A stretch of 64,000 nucleotides of DNA from a virus. Below the pieces are notes generated by a model. It did not search any database. It saw nothing but the letters and a program-made list of their open reading frames with translations, and was not told the DNA's origin. The stretch is taken from positions 1 through 64,000 of the IMG/VR virus record IMGVR_UViG_3300032267_001142; one strand, 5' to 3'. The position numbers and the translations under genes were made by a program. Positions 7,819-14,899 of the stretch are shown in pieces (the first letter of the stretch is position 1; each line of letters starts with the position of its first letter).

Positions 7819-8061
7819 CTAACTAGAGCGCGTGCTGCGGCGCGGCGACTTTCGCTTGTTTTCGGTCTGCTTGCCTTCGGCGCGAGCCTTGGCGGCAGAG
7901 GCGAAAGAGCTGTCCACGGTCGTTCCCTTGGTGCTCGGGAACGCGGTGATGACGAGTGACGTGCCGAGCCCCGGCTTACCATCACGAGGAATGGAAGCGC
8001 CTTTGACGACGCCCGTGGAGAGGTTGACTTTGCGCAGTGCGCGAGTTTGACGATTGGCCAT
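7819..8061 (-). CDS. Small basic hypothetical protein
   Basis: 80-aa ORF with a CAA-rich leader (GTAAGCAACAACACCAACACC...) and an internal promoter TTGATA-16-TACTCT. Confidence 0.65.
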   Translation of the reverse strand: MANRQTRALRKVNLSTGVVKGASIPRDGKPGLGTSLVITAFPSTKGTTVDSSFASAAKARAEGKQTENKRKSPRRSTRSS

Positions 8062-8094
8062 GTTGGTGTAGGTGTTGGTGTTGTTGCTTACAGT

Positions 8095-8418
8095 TCAGAG
8101 AGTATCGGATTTTGCGACAGTATCAAGGGGAACGTCCGCGATGGGCTGTTCCTCGACGCGAAGGGTTTTGCCGTTGTCGACGATGATGTGCCAATTCTTT
8201 CCGGCTTCGAGATGAAGAAACTGCACGGTGCCGTCGATGGAAAGTTCCACGGTCGCCTTTGGCGCTTCGACGGTTTCGGTGAATTCTTCAGACGTGCTTG
8301 AGGCGACGTCTTCAGCAGTGGCGGTCGCGAGGCGCGAAGTAGATGAGGTGACGCACGCGACGATGACGCCGATGAGAATGAGGACGCACAGGAAGTAGGA
8401 CAGTTTTGAGGTTTTCAT
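8095..8418 (-). CDS. Putative lipoprotein / exported protein
   Basis: Basic N-terminus, hydrophobic stretch and IVAC lipobox-like motif; own promoter TTGACA-16-TAAACT. Confidence 0.65.
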   Translation of the reverse strand: MKTSKLSYFLCVLILIGVIVACVTSSTSRLATATAEDVASSTSEEFTETVEAPKATVELSIDGTVQFLHLEAGKNWHIIVDNGKTLRVEEQPIADVPLDTVAKSDTL

Positions 8419-8455
8419 GATGTGAGGAGTTTACGGGCTTTTCTTATGATGTCAA

Positions 8456-8644
8456 CTACAGAGCGCGAGCTGCGACAGCCGCGACCTTTACGGTGAAGCC
8501 GAGCGCTTTGAGCGCGGCGACGTGTCCATAGGTAATGGTTTCTGTGTTAGTGAGCGAGCGTACAGCGACGGCGTGTTCGGAAATGATATAAAGGCGGCGC
8601 TGACCGTATTGGATACGCTCTTCGACAATGATTTCGGTGTTCAT
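8456..8644 (-). CDS. Small conserved phage hypothetical protein
   Basis: MNTEIIVEERIQYGQRRLY...LKALGF (62 aa), coupled to the upstream gene. Confidence 0.7.
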   Translation of the reverse strand: MNTEIIVEERIQYGQRRLYIISEHAVAVRSLTNTETITYGHVAALKALGFTVKVAAVAARAL

Positions 8645-8649
8645 GAAGT

Positions 8650-8961
8650 TCAGCCGATGAATGTGCATTCTTCACCGCCGACAAAAGCATCGTCTTCGTC
8701 GCAGCCGCAATCGGCGCAACGAGGGTGTCCGCCCATCGGAACAAAAAGGTGCGCGCCTTTACTACGCGCAGCGGTAAGCTGGGAAAGTTCGCAATCGAAT
8801 ACATCGTCTTCTTGGTCCCTGACTTGGAAAAGCGCTAGGCCGTCTGCGTCTTTATGACCTACGACTCGGCCCTGAAACTCATTCGCGAAGTCGCCGTCTT
8901 TAGGCGTAGCGATAACGGTAGAGCCGATGGGGAATGCGGAAAAGATAGAAGGTTTACTCAT
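8650..8961 (-). CDS. Hypothetical protein (SH3-like N-terminus, C-terminal CxxC...C)
   Basis: FPIGSTV...; RCADCGC...C; leaderless promoter TTGACT-16-TAATCT-6-ATG. Confidence 0.75.
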   Translation of the reverse strand: MSKPSIFSAFPIGSTVIATPKDGDFANEFQGRVVGHKDADGLALFQVRDQEDDVFDCELSQLTAARSKGAHLFVPMGGHPRCADCGCDEDDAFVGGEECTFIG

Positions 8962-9029
8962 GACGAAAGATTAGCGCAGCGCTTAGAAAAGTCAACAACT
9001 GATTTCGCTTACTCCTGGCAGCCAGGTAA

Positions 9030-9325
9030 CATTTCGAGCAGGAGTAAGTGTTAGTCTCGCGACTATCATCACGGCACGCGGCCCCTTTTCCTCCTGTCGA
9101 AATTGATTTGAAAGTTGACACTGGCCGGTTGCGACCTCAACCGTTTAACTAAGCCGTAACATGTAAAACGGCTTTGCACCAGCTATGGCAACAAGTGACC
9201 GATTATACCGCTAAGCTTCATGCAGCCTAGTTGAGCGAATCGGCACGCTCTGCGCGACCGGAGACTGCGGCGCGAATGGTGCGCGGCGTATTTGGATGTC
9301 CCTATTCTGGTCGCGTCTTACTTTC
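9030..9325 (-). ncRNA. Candidate structured non-coding RNA (~295 nt)
   Basis: No convincing ORF. Complementary segments 9031-9044/9091-9103, 9052-56/9061-65 (GCGA loop on minus), 9126-31/9138-43, 9151-57/9168-74, 9199-9204/9238-43 and 9253-59/9309-15. Confidence 0.5.
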
Positions 9326-9330
9326 GCACC

Positions 9331-9471
9331 CTAGAGTGCGCGTGCAGCACGAAGCCAACGTCGCTTGGTTTTCAAGCTCGCGAACTTGAAGCCCTTTCCC
9401 TCGTTAAGAAGGGATTGAACGTTTTGCTTGTTGCTAGCGCGGATGCGGAAGAGGAGCGAGGTGTTGTTCAT
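9331..9471 (-). CDS. Small basic protein (46 aa)
   Basis: MNNTSLLFRIRASNKQ...WLRAARAL*; promoter TTGACT-16-TAGTAT-7-ATG. Confidence 0.65.
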   Translation of the reverse strand: MNNTSLLFRIRASNKQNVQSLLNEGKGFKFASLKTKRRWLRAARAL

Positions 9472-9502
9472 GTAGTAGATACTAGCGGCTTTTCCCGTGG
9501 AG

Positions 9503-9850
9503 TCAACGGCTTTTCTTGTAACGGAGTTTTGCTAGGCGGATGGCATTAAGATAAAGACAGCGCTCGTTAAGCGTTAATTCCCAATCGTGATGTTGCTGCG
9601 CGTGAATACTGCGCGATTGACGTTGTAGCTCTTGATATTTTTCCCTGAATTTTTTGGCGTGAGTGTAGAAATTTTCTTTACCACCTGCCGCGTAATAGGC
9701 ACGGGAGGCATCGTTCCACTCTTTCGATACTCGCGCTGTCTCAGAAGAAAGAGCGTTGATTTTGATGACCGCTTCAGCATCCGGCATCCAATGTTCAGCG
9801 CGGTAGGCTCGTGCTTGCGCCATTATCTTTTTGATGCTTGGAATTTTCAT
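9503..9850 (-). CDS. Hypothetical helical protein
   Basis: Start reassigned to ATG 9850 (MKIPSIKK), downstream of promoter TTGACT-16-TACCCT. Confidence 0.65.
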   Translation of the reverse strand: MKIPSIKKIMAQARAYRAEHWMPDAEAVIKINALSSETARVSKEWNDASRAYYAAGGKENFYTHAKKFREKYQELQRQSRSIHAQQHHDWELTLNERCLYLNAIRLAKLRYKKSR

Positions 9851-9977
9851 AGGTTCGGTCTTGAATCGAGGGTAGCCTATCAAATAAGGAAGTCAAGAAT
9901 AAACCTCATATGCCTGGCAGCCCGGTATAGCACGAGAAGGGCGACCTCGCGGTCGCCCTTCGTGATTACTTTGTCGG

Positions 9978-10559
9978 TTAGGCGGTCACTCGGAAGTGAG
10001 ACTCGACCTTGCCGCCCTCGCCGATGATGCGGATTTCGTTCACGGATTCCAGCTTGTAAGTAATGACCGTGTTCTGGAATTTCACGCCGATGCCCTTTGC
10101 GGCCTGCCGTGACGAGGACGAAGAGCGTCGCACCAGAAACGGCTCGACCTTTTCGCGAGGAATGAGGACTTCGCTGCCGTCCGCTTTGATGCCGACATAT
10201 TGCGGAAGCACGGCCTCGGGATTGTGGACCTCCACGTAGTACTTGTCCTTGTGGCCGACGATGCACGGCGCGATTTTCTCGCCCCAAGCGCGTCCCGCGC
10301 TCACGAAGTCCGCTTTCTTGTGGCGGCGCTTCAGTTCAGCGTTGACATTCGCGGAATAGTTCTGCGCGATTTTGCCGCTGTGAATGGTGCTGCGCTTGTT
10401 GACGGCGACGAAGCCGAGCGACGCAAGAGTGGCTTCGCTCAGGTCGCACTTTGTGGAAGTCGTCATCTGAATGTCCCTTTCCTCCTTAATGCCGGAGAGG
10501 GCGACGAGAAGGGCGAGGGTGGTGACGTTTTTGACGGATGGAGTAAGAGTTTTGCTCAT
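9978..10559 (-). CDS. Conserved phage hypothetical protein
   Basis: 193 aa with NY...VN..L....ADF....RAWGE...VGHK..YY motif; leaderless promoter; GC3-biased codons. Confidence 0.8.
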   Translation of the reverse strand: MSKTLTPSVKNVTTLALLVALSGIKEERDIQMTTSTKCDLSEATLASLGFVAVNKRSTIHSGKIAQNYSANVNAELKRRHKKADFVSAGRAWGEKIAPCIVGHKDKYYVEVHNPEAVLPQYVGIKADGSEVLIPREKVEPFLVRRSSSSSRQAAKGIGVKFQNTVITYKLESVNEIRIIGEGGKVESHFRVTA

Positions 10560-10638
10560 GGGTCAACAGTAGCACGGGGTGAGACGGACGCAAGACTTAT
10601 TTGGGCAATTGGGTATTTTTTTCCTCAACGCTTTTGTC

Positions 10639-10666
10639 TTGACTAAATAAGCGCATTAGCTATAAT
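10639..10666 (+). promoter_or_regulatory. Near-consensus promoter firing through a palindrome, antisense to 10730..11071
   Basis: TTGACT(10639)-16-TATAAT(10661); the palindrome at 10675 sits at about +2. Confidence 0.65.
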
Positions 10667-10729
10667 ATGCGAAACCTGGCAGCCAGGAATGCATAATATA
10701 TGAGTGTGACATGCCTAATGTCCAAACCG

Positions 10730-11071
10730 CTAGTCTTCAAAGTCGCGCTCTTGACGACGCGACTCCCTTCGCGCCTGACGGTGGCTTGCGATTTTGGTAT
10801 ATTTGCGCGGATTTTCTCTGGTTCCCGCGTGTTTAGCGAGATGAATGAGTTCCGATACGGTATAAAGCCCGAGGCAGTAACCTAGGGACCAAATGACATA
10901 AACGTCTTTGCAGAAATTGTCTTTGACATTCTTGCCTGAACGGCGGCGATGACCAAGCGGCGTATGTTTGACTTCTTTTGCTACGGTCAACTTTTCGTCA
11001 GAGGTAGCGAGGCGCACGGACATGCCGCATTTACGGATTTTAGCGAGAGCTTCTTGGGTAGTCGTATCCAT
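10730..11071 (-). CDS. Small basic hypothetical protein
   Basis: 113 aa; promoter TTGACG-16-TAGTAT-7-ATG. Confidence 0.75.
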   Translation of the reverse strand: MDTTTQEALAKIRKCGMSVRLATSDEKLTVAKEVKHTPLGHRRRSGKNVKDNFCKDVYVIWSLGYCLGLYTVSELIHLAKHAGTRENPRKYTKIASHRQARRESRRQERDFED

Positions 11072-11269
11072 GAACGAGATACTACAACAAATAGCGGAGG
11101 CGTCAAGGACTTTCTATGTGGCCCTGGCAGCCCGGTATAAACAATCTCCGCCCGCAGAAGCTTTTGCGACTACGGACGGAGGGTTATAACAAGATGCCTG
11201 TCTTGTGTTTAACTTCGCAGCCTAACGGCACCGATTAGGCCGCTGCATTCGCTGTGGCGACACTAACAA

Positions 11270-11857
11270 CTATTCGCGCATTTCAATCTCCTGAAGTTTG
11301 ATGTCGAGTTTCGCCGCGCCTTGTTGTGCGCTTTGATACGCCCGCTTCCACAGGCGCACATCGCCGCCGCGCATTTTCGACAAGAGGTGCATCTTTTCTT
11401 TCAGATACACCGCCGCGAAACTTGGGTCGCTTTGTGTGATATCTCCGGTGTTATGAATCAGGTCTACGAACTTGACAGTTTGCGCGTCGTCGGAAATCAG
11501 CGCCAGCCGCTCAGCTTCCTTCTCGTGCCGGATGCGGCGATTCCACTGAGGATAATTTTCCTTCGTATATTGGTCAGTCAGGTCGAAGATGATGCCAGCG
11601 ACGCGGTCCCCGAACATTTCGCGCACCTTGTTCAGCGAGTAGTACGGATTCAGTGGAAAGACATCTTCAATCAGGTCATGCCCGCCAGCCGCGATGATGA
11701 CCTCTTCGTCGTCCGTGACTTCCGCGACGATTGACGCAACGGGCACACAGTGGTTGTCGAAGTAAGGCAGGCCGCTATACTTGCGGACTTGTTTGATAGA
11801 TTCGTGGCCCTCACGAAAGAAAGCGAAAGCGGCCAGCACAGCAGGAGAAAAGGTCAT
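11270..11857 (-). CDS. RelA/SpoT-type HD hydrolase (small alarmone hydrolase / MESH1-like)
   Basis: H..Q.RKY.G.PY..H...VA, IIAAGGHDLIED, LTD, VKFVDLIHN follow the HD_4/SpoT hydrolase pattern; no synthetase domain. Confidence 0.85.
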   Translation of the reverse strand: MTFSPAVLAAFAFFREGHESIKQVRKYSGLPYFDNHCVPVASIVAEVTDDEEVIIAAGGHDLIEDVFPLNPYYSLNKVREMFGDRVAGIIFDLTDQYTKENYPQWNRRIRHEKEAERLALISDDAQTVKFVDLIHNTGDITQSDPSFAAVYLKEKMHLLSKMRGGDVRLWKRAYQSAQQGAAKLDIKLQEIEMRE

Positions 11858-11951
11858 GCGCGAACACTACTTGAACTTCGGCGCGTTGTCAAATACAAAA
11901 GCAGCTTATCCTCAAGTATACCTGGCGGCCAGGACTAAAGCCTTTCGGCCT

Positions 11952-12299
11952 TCACGAGAGGACTCCTTTTAGTTTCATCTGAGACCGCAGAGCTTCGAGA
12001 CGTAAATCTGCTAGGCTCAGGTCTTGCAGCGCCTCAGTGTCGAAATAGCTAAGTTCGTTATTTGCAGCGATGATTATAGAGTAGCACGCTTGGCGCGAAA
12101 GGTATCCGCTTTCGATGTCGAAGATATATTCCACTGTGTTGTGCGGACGGATTGCGCCGATACGCTTGATTGCGGCATCGCATCCCATAATCGTACCATC
12201 GTGCGGCTCGCTGCCAGTAGAAAGCGCTTTTCCAGATTCGCAGAAGATGAAGCTGTTGTGGCGCTCGTGGATGACGATGATGAGATGCGTTTTCTTCAT
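11952..12299 (-). CDS. Hypothetical protein
   Basis: Leaderless start at 12299 (MKKTHLII) after TTGCTT-16-TACTCT. Confidence 0.75.
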   Translation of the reverse strand: MKKTHLIIVIHERHNSFIFCESGKALSTGSEPHDGTIMGCDAAIKRIGAIRPHNTVEYIFDIESGYLSRQACYSIIIAANNELSYFDTEALQDLSLADLRLEALRSQMKLKGVLS

Positions 12300-12366
12300 G
12301 TGGTCAGAGTAGCAGCGGCAAATATCGAAGCAAGTCTTTTCTTTGAGCATCCTGGCAGCCAGGTAT

Positions 12367-12398
12367 AAAAGCTAAGCGGGGCTTTCGCCCCGCCTAGC
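12367..12398 (-). terminator. Intrinsic terminator
   Basis: GCGGGGC-GAAA-GCCCCGC on the minus strand, then TTTTA, abutting the palindrome at 12351. Confidence 0.8.
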
Positions 12399-12404
12399 GC
12401 CCTT

Positions 12405-13208
12405 TTATTGCTTGCGCTTTGCCAGAAGCTTGCCGCTCAGCCACGCACGGATGCACGCGACCCTTTTGACGTCGACGCCATAGCGGCGGGCGATGATTTC
12501 GGAAGCCTCGCCGAATCGCGTGATGTCGTGACGAATACTTTCCCGCGTCTCGTTGTCGATTTTGCTCTTCTTCGGCGCTGGACGCCGGAAGATAAGCGTT
12601 GCCATACCGTTTACCGCGCCGGTGTTTTTGTAGTGGTCGGAATCGACAAACTCAAGGCCGGTTTTGCTGGTGATGTATGCGGCGATGGCTTTGTAGTCTT
12701 TGATGGACTCAACTGTGAATCCTGCCGGAAGTTTGGCGGTGTGCGTGGCACGGAAACTGCCGCGAATGATGATGGTGAGCGCTAAGACTTGGCTTCTCTT
12801 CGTAATGTCAATGACACTGTCGGCGAGATTGGCGGTAAACCAACTGCAAGTGTCGAAGTCCACGAATGTCGCCGTGCCGTAGATTGCCCAAGCTCCAAAT
12901 TTCGTGCTGTCGAAGCTCACGCTCGTAATCCCGCTTTCTTGTCCAAGCACATTGAACTTTTGACGAGCCTTGGGAATCTCGGCTGGGTTGTTGTTGAACG
13001 CGAAAATGTGGCACTTGATGGAATTGTGATTGCCGAATTTCACCAGCTCGGTCTCGAACTTTGCGGAAGCGCCGCACAGCGTGTAAACCCAATGGGTCGA
13101 GCCGCCAAGTGGCGCATAGTCTTTGAGCGCCTTCTTGGCGTGGCCAAGCTTGAAGAGACGATTTGCGGTTTTGACTGCGGAACGGTGATAAGAACGGGTG
13201 TTGCTCAT
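12405..13208 (-). CDS. Methyltransferase-fold-like protein with C-terminal helix-turn-helix
   Basis: Rossmann-like pattern (VYTLCG, IFAFNN, FVDFDTC, Y...GMATLIFRR). C-terminal ETRESIRHD...ASEIIARRYGVDVKRVACIRAW looks like an HTH. Confidence 0.5.
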   Translation of the reverse strand: MSNTRSYHRSAVKTANRLFKLGHAKKALKDYAPLGGSTHWVYTLCGASAKFETELVKFGNHNSIKCHIFAFNNNPAEIPKARQKFNVLGQESGITSVSFDSTKFGAWAIYGTATFVDFDTCSWFTANLADSVIDITKRSQVLALTIIIRGSFRATHTAKLPAGFTVESIKDYKAIAAYITSKTGLEFVDSDHYKNTGAVNGMATLIFRRPAPKKSKIDNETRESIRHDITRFGEASEIIARRYGVDVKRVACIRAWLSGKLLAKRKQ

Positions 13209-13276
13209 GGGAGAACCGTATCAGGCGGAACCGATAAAACAACAGAAATCCCGAGTGAAAAACATTCACTCAAATA

Positions 13277-13292
13277 TGGCATGCCGCTTGCT
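13277..13292 (+). promoter_or_regulatory. Sigma54 (RpoN) -24/-12-like site
   Basis: TGGCATG-CCGC-TTGCT with exact GG-N10-GC spacing; intergenic. Confidence 0.55.
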
Positions 13293-13345
13293 ATACGAGT
13301 TCCCGGCGGCCAGGATTAAAACCCTAACTATTTTTGGAAGGCTCA

Positions 13346-13588
13346 TCAGTTTTTAACGTGGAGGATTTTCTTGCCGCTGCATAGGAGTCGGGCCGCACGC
13401 ATCATTTTACGTTTGTCCGCGTTATATCGCCACGGATAAATTTCTTCACGATTGACGCACCGTCCGTTCTGCACTTTTTCCACAACGAGGCAGCGAAACT
13501 CCATTTCGCCCATCCTGCGTTTGAAATGAACTTCGAGAGCATACGCGCAGCCCTTGTCTTGATAGGTTGCTCGGCGGAAGGTCTTCAT
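13346..13588 (-). CDS. Small basic hypothetical protein
   Basis: MKTFRRATYQDKG... (80 aa); ATGA overlap with the upstream gene's stop. Confidence 0.7.
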   Translation of the reverse strand: MKTFRRATYQDKGCAYALEVHFKRRMGEMEFRCLVVEKVQNGRCVNREEIYPWRYNADKRKMMRAARLLCSGKKILHVKN

Positions 13589-13827
13589 CGTTTTAGGATT
13601 TTGGCAACGTTGTGTGAGGCGCGAAAGAAACAGAGGTTCGAGTCGCTGTTCCATCCAATGAATGTATAGTTGCGCCCCTCGAATTGCAAGACTTTTTTGG
13701 AGATTTTCTTTACGTCGTTCCAGCCATCCGGCACGCTCACGCGAAGGTAATACGGATTCGGCTGCATGTCCTCGCGGTAATTCGGCGTGACTTCGATAAG
13801 GTCTTTCGCGACAGTGGCGGTGGGCAT
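13585..13827 (-). CDS. Hypothetical protein
   Basis: 80 aa; leaderless promoter TTGACT-16-TAGAGT-6-ATG. Confidence 0.75.
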   Translation of the reverse strand: MPTATVAKDLIEVTPNYREDMQPNPYYLRVSVPDGWNDVKKISKKVLQFEGRNYTFIGWNSDSNLCFFRASHNVAKILKR

Positions 13828-14185
13828 GGACAGACTCTAGCGTTTCCAAATACGAAGTCAACAAAGAAATCGAAAACCTGGCAGCCCGGCAACGAACGAG
13901 ACGCCAATCAGGTTTATCTGTTGGCGCTCGCCTCTGCTGCTGACCTTACGGTTTGACAAACAGAGATATTCTATAAAGTGGTGGACGTATCGTGCCCTTA
14001 CGCCGGATTTCTACCGGAAGTCATCGCGTTTGACTAGACGTTTGTTACCCGATTTGCCGACTTTTTGCGGAGCCGTTCCCTCTGCGCGCAAACGCAACGG
14101 GAAACTGTTTGTCAGTGCCTCTAGGCAAAGTGTTAAAAATTCTCTCTTGTAGGCGCGCATTATGTGCCTCGCTATTCTTGCAAGA

Positions 14186-14312
14186 TGGCCCATACTGGAA
14201 TCGAACCAGTGCCTCTATCGTTAACGCCTGTCTGCTTACGCTACGTTTGCGCTCGCATTAGACTCGTCAGTCAAGCGCGTAGAAAGAAGTTCTGCCATTA
14301 AACTAATGGGCC
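14186..14312 (-). tRNA. tRNA-like gene with a ~55-nt structured insertion in the anticodon arm
   Basis: Acceptor GGCCCAT/ATGGGCC-A, D arm GTTT-AATGGCA-GAAC, T arm ACTGG-TTCGATT-CCAGT. 77 nt lie between position 26 and the T stem instead of about 22. The frame and a GTTAA near the 3' side resemble tRNA-Asn. Confidence 0.8.
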
Positions 14313-14346
14313 GTTATCGTTTCAACTACCTTGCAACTCTGAGAGC

Positions 14347-14518
14347 GTTTTAGAACTGTTTGGCGTCGGCAAGGATAATCCCCTTGCAATTCGTCACATT
14401 ATGTGTATGGCTAAGACACATTTTTAGACTACTTCATCTTTTAAGTCAGCCCACGGCCAAGCGGAAACTTTAAGGATAGGCGTGTATCGCGCATCTCGCC
14501 GCCAAACAATTCTAAAAC
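14347..14518 (-). ncRNA. Candidate 172-nt ncRNA closed by a 19-bp stem
   Basis: GTTTTAGAATTGTTTGGCG (14518-14500) pairs with CGCCAAACAGTTCTAAAAC (14365-14347), one G-U. Internal hairpins GCAAGG/CCTTGC and ATGTGT/ACACAT. Lies between a promoter (14562-14589) and the aberrant tRNA. Confidence 0.6.
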
Positions 14519-14521
14519 TTA

Positions 14522-14549
14522 GTTTTCAAAGAGCAGCGGGTGTCCCGCT
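14522..14549 (-). promoter_or_regulatory. rrn-like antitermination leader (boxB hairpin + boxA)
   Basis: Minus strand AGCGGG-ACA-CCCGCT immediately followed by (T)GCTCTTTGAAAAC, just downstream of promoter TTGTCT-16-TAATCT. Confidence 0.6.
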
Positions 14550-14628
14550 CTGATAGTTAAGAGATTAGCAACCTTCGCCGGAAAGACAAGAGAAATCTTC
14601 GCGATTCCTGGCAGCCAGGTATAACAAA

Positions 14629-14694
14629 GAGGGCTGACGCGCTGGAGCCTTTTGGGCTCTCGTGGCACGGTGGGCCACTTTCGCGTCAACCCTC
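14629..14694 (-). terminator. Branched (three-way) hairpin, probable terminator
   Basis: Outer stem GAGGGTTGACGCG/CGCGTCAGCCCTC encloses hairpins GTGGC/GCCAC and GAGCC/GGCTC; followed by TTTGTT on the minus strand. Confidence 0.55.
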
Positions 14695-14699
14695 TGAGG

Positions 14700-14888
14700 T
14701 CACGAGCACATACAACTTCCGTATCGCTCGCAGCAAGTCATCGAATACATCCGGCACGATTCGCAATAAGTCATCTGCCCTAAGCATGAACTGCATTGCG
14801 CGGGGTCGCGCTCTTTTCGCATAGCGTCTTTCCGACGCTTACGCTCACGCCTAGAAAGGCTTTTGTCTGTGAGGAATCTTAATCCCAT
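14700..14888 (-). CDS. Small Cys-rich putative zinc-binding protein
   Basis: 62 aa; C-terminal CSSC-x5-CESC-x5-TCCERYGSCMC (8 Cys). Confidence 0.55.
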   Translation of the reverse strand: MGLRFLTDKSLSRRERKRRKDAMRKERDPAQCSSCLGQMTYCESCRMYSMTCCERYGSCMCS

Positions 14889-14899
14889 AAAAGAAAGGA

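Noticed and set aside
9030-9325. tmRNA, RNase P, group I intron or c-di-GMP riboswitch identity for the structured element
   Set aside because: Only isolated short matches (TTTCGAC, GAGGAAA, GAGACTA, GCAAAGCC), in the wrong order or context; no T arm/CCA end or tag frame.
13944-13980. TTGACA...TATAAA plus-strand promoter
   Set aside because: Spacer is 13 bp, inconsistent with the 16-17-bp class, and no gene follows.
14230-14275. Hammerhead ribozyme within the tRNA insert
   Set aside because: CUGACGA and a possible GUA site are present, but the GAAA core reads GCAAA, stem II is weak and stem I does not close. Kept only as a test suggestion.
14347-14518. Cas9-type repeat/anti-repeat (natural sgRNA or RNA anti-CRISPR) because the stem begins GTTTTAGA
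   Set aside because: Only the first 8 nt resemble type II repeats. There is no 36-nt repeat, no lower-stem bulge or clear nexus, and no cas gene. It cannot be excluded without the host repeat sequence.
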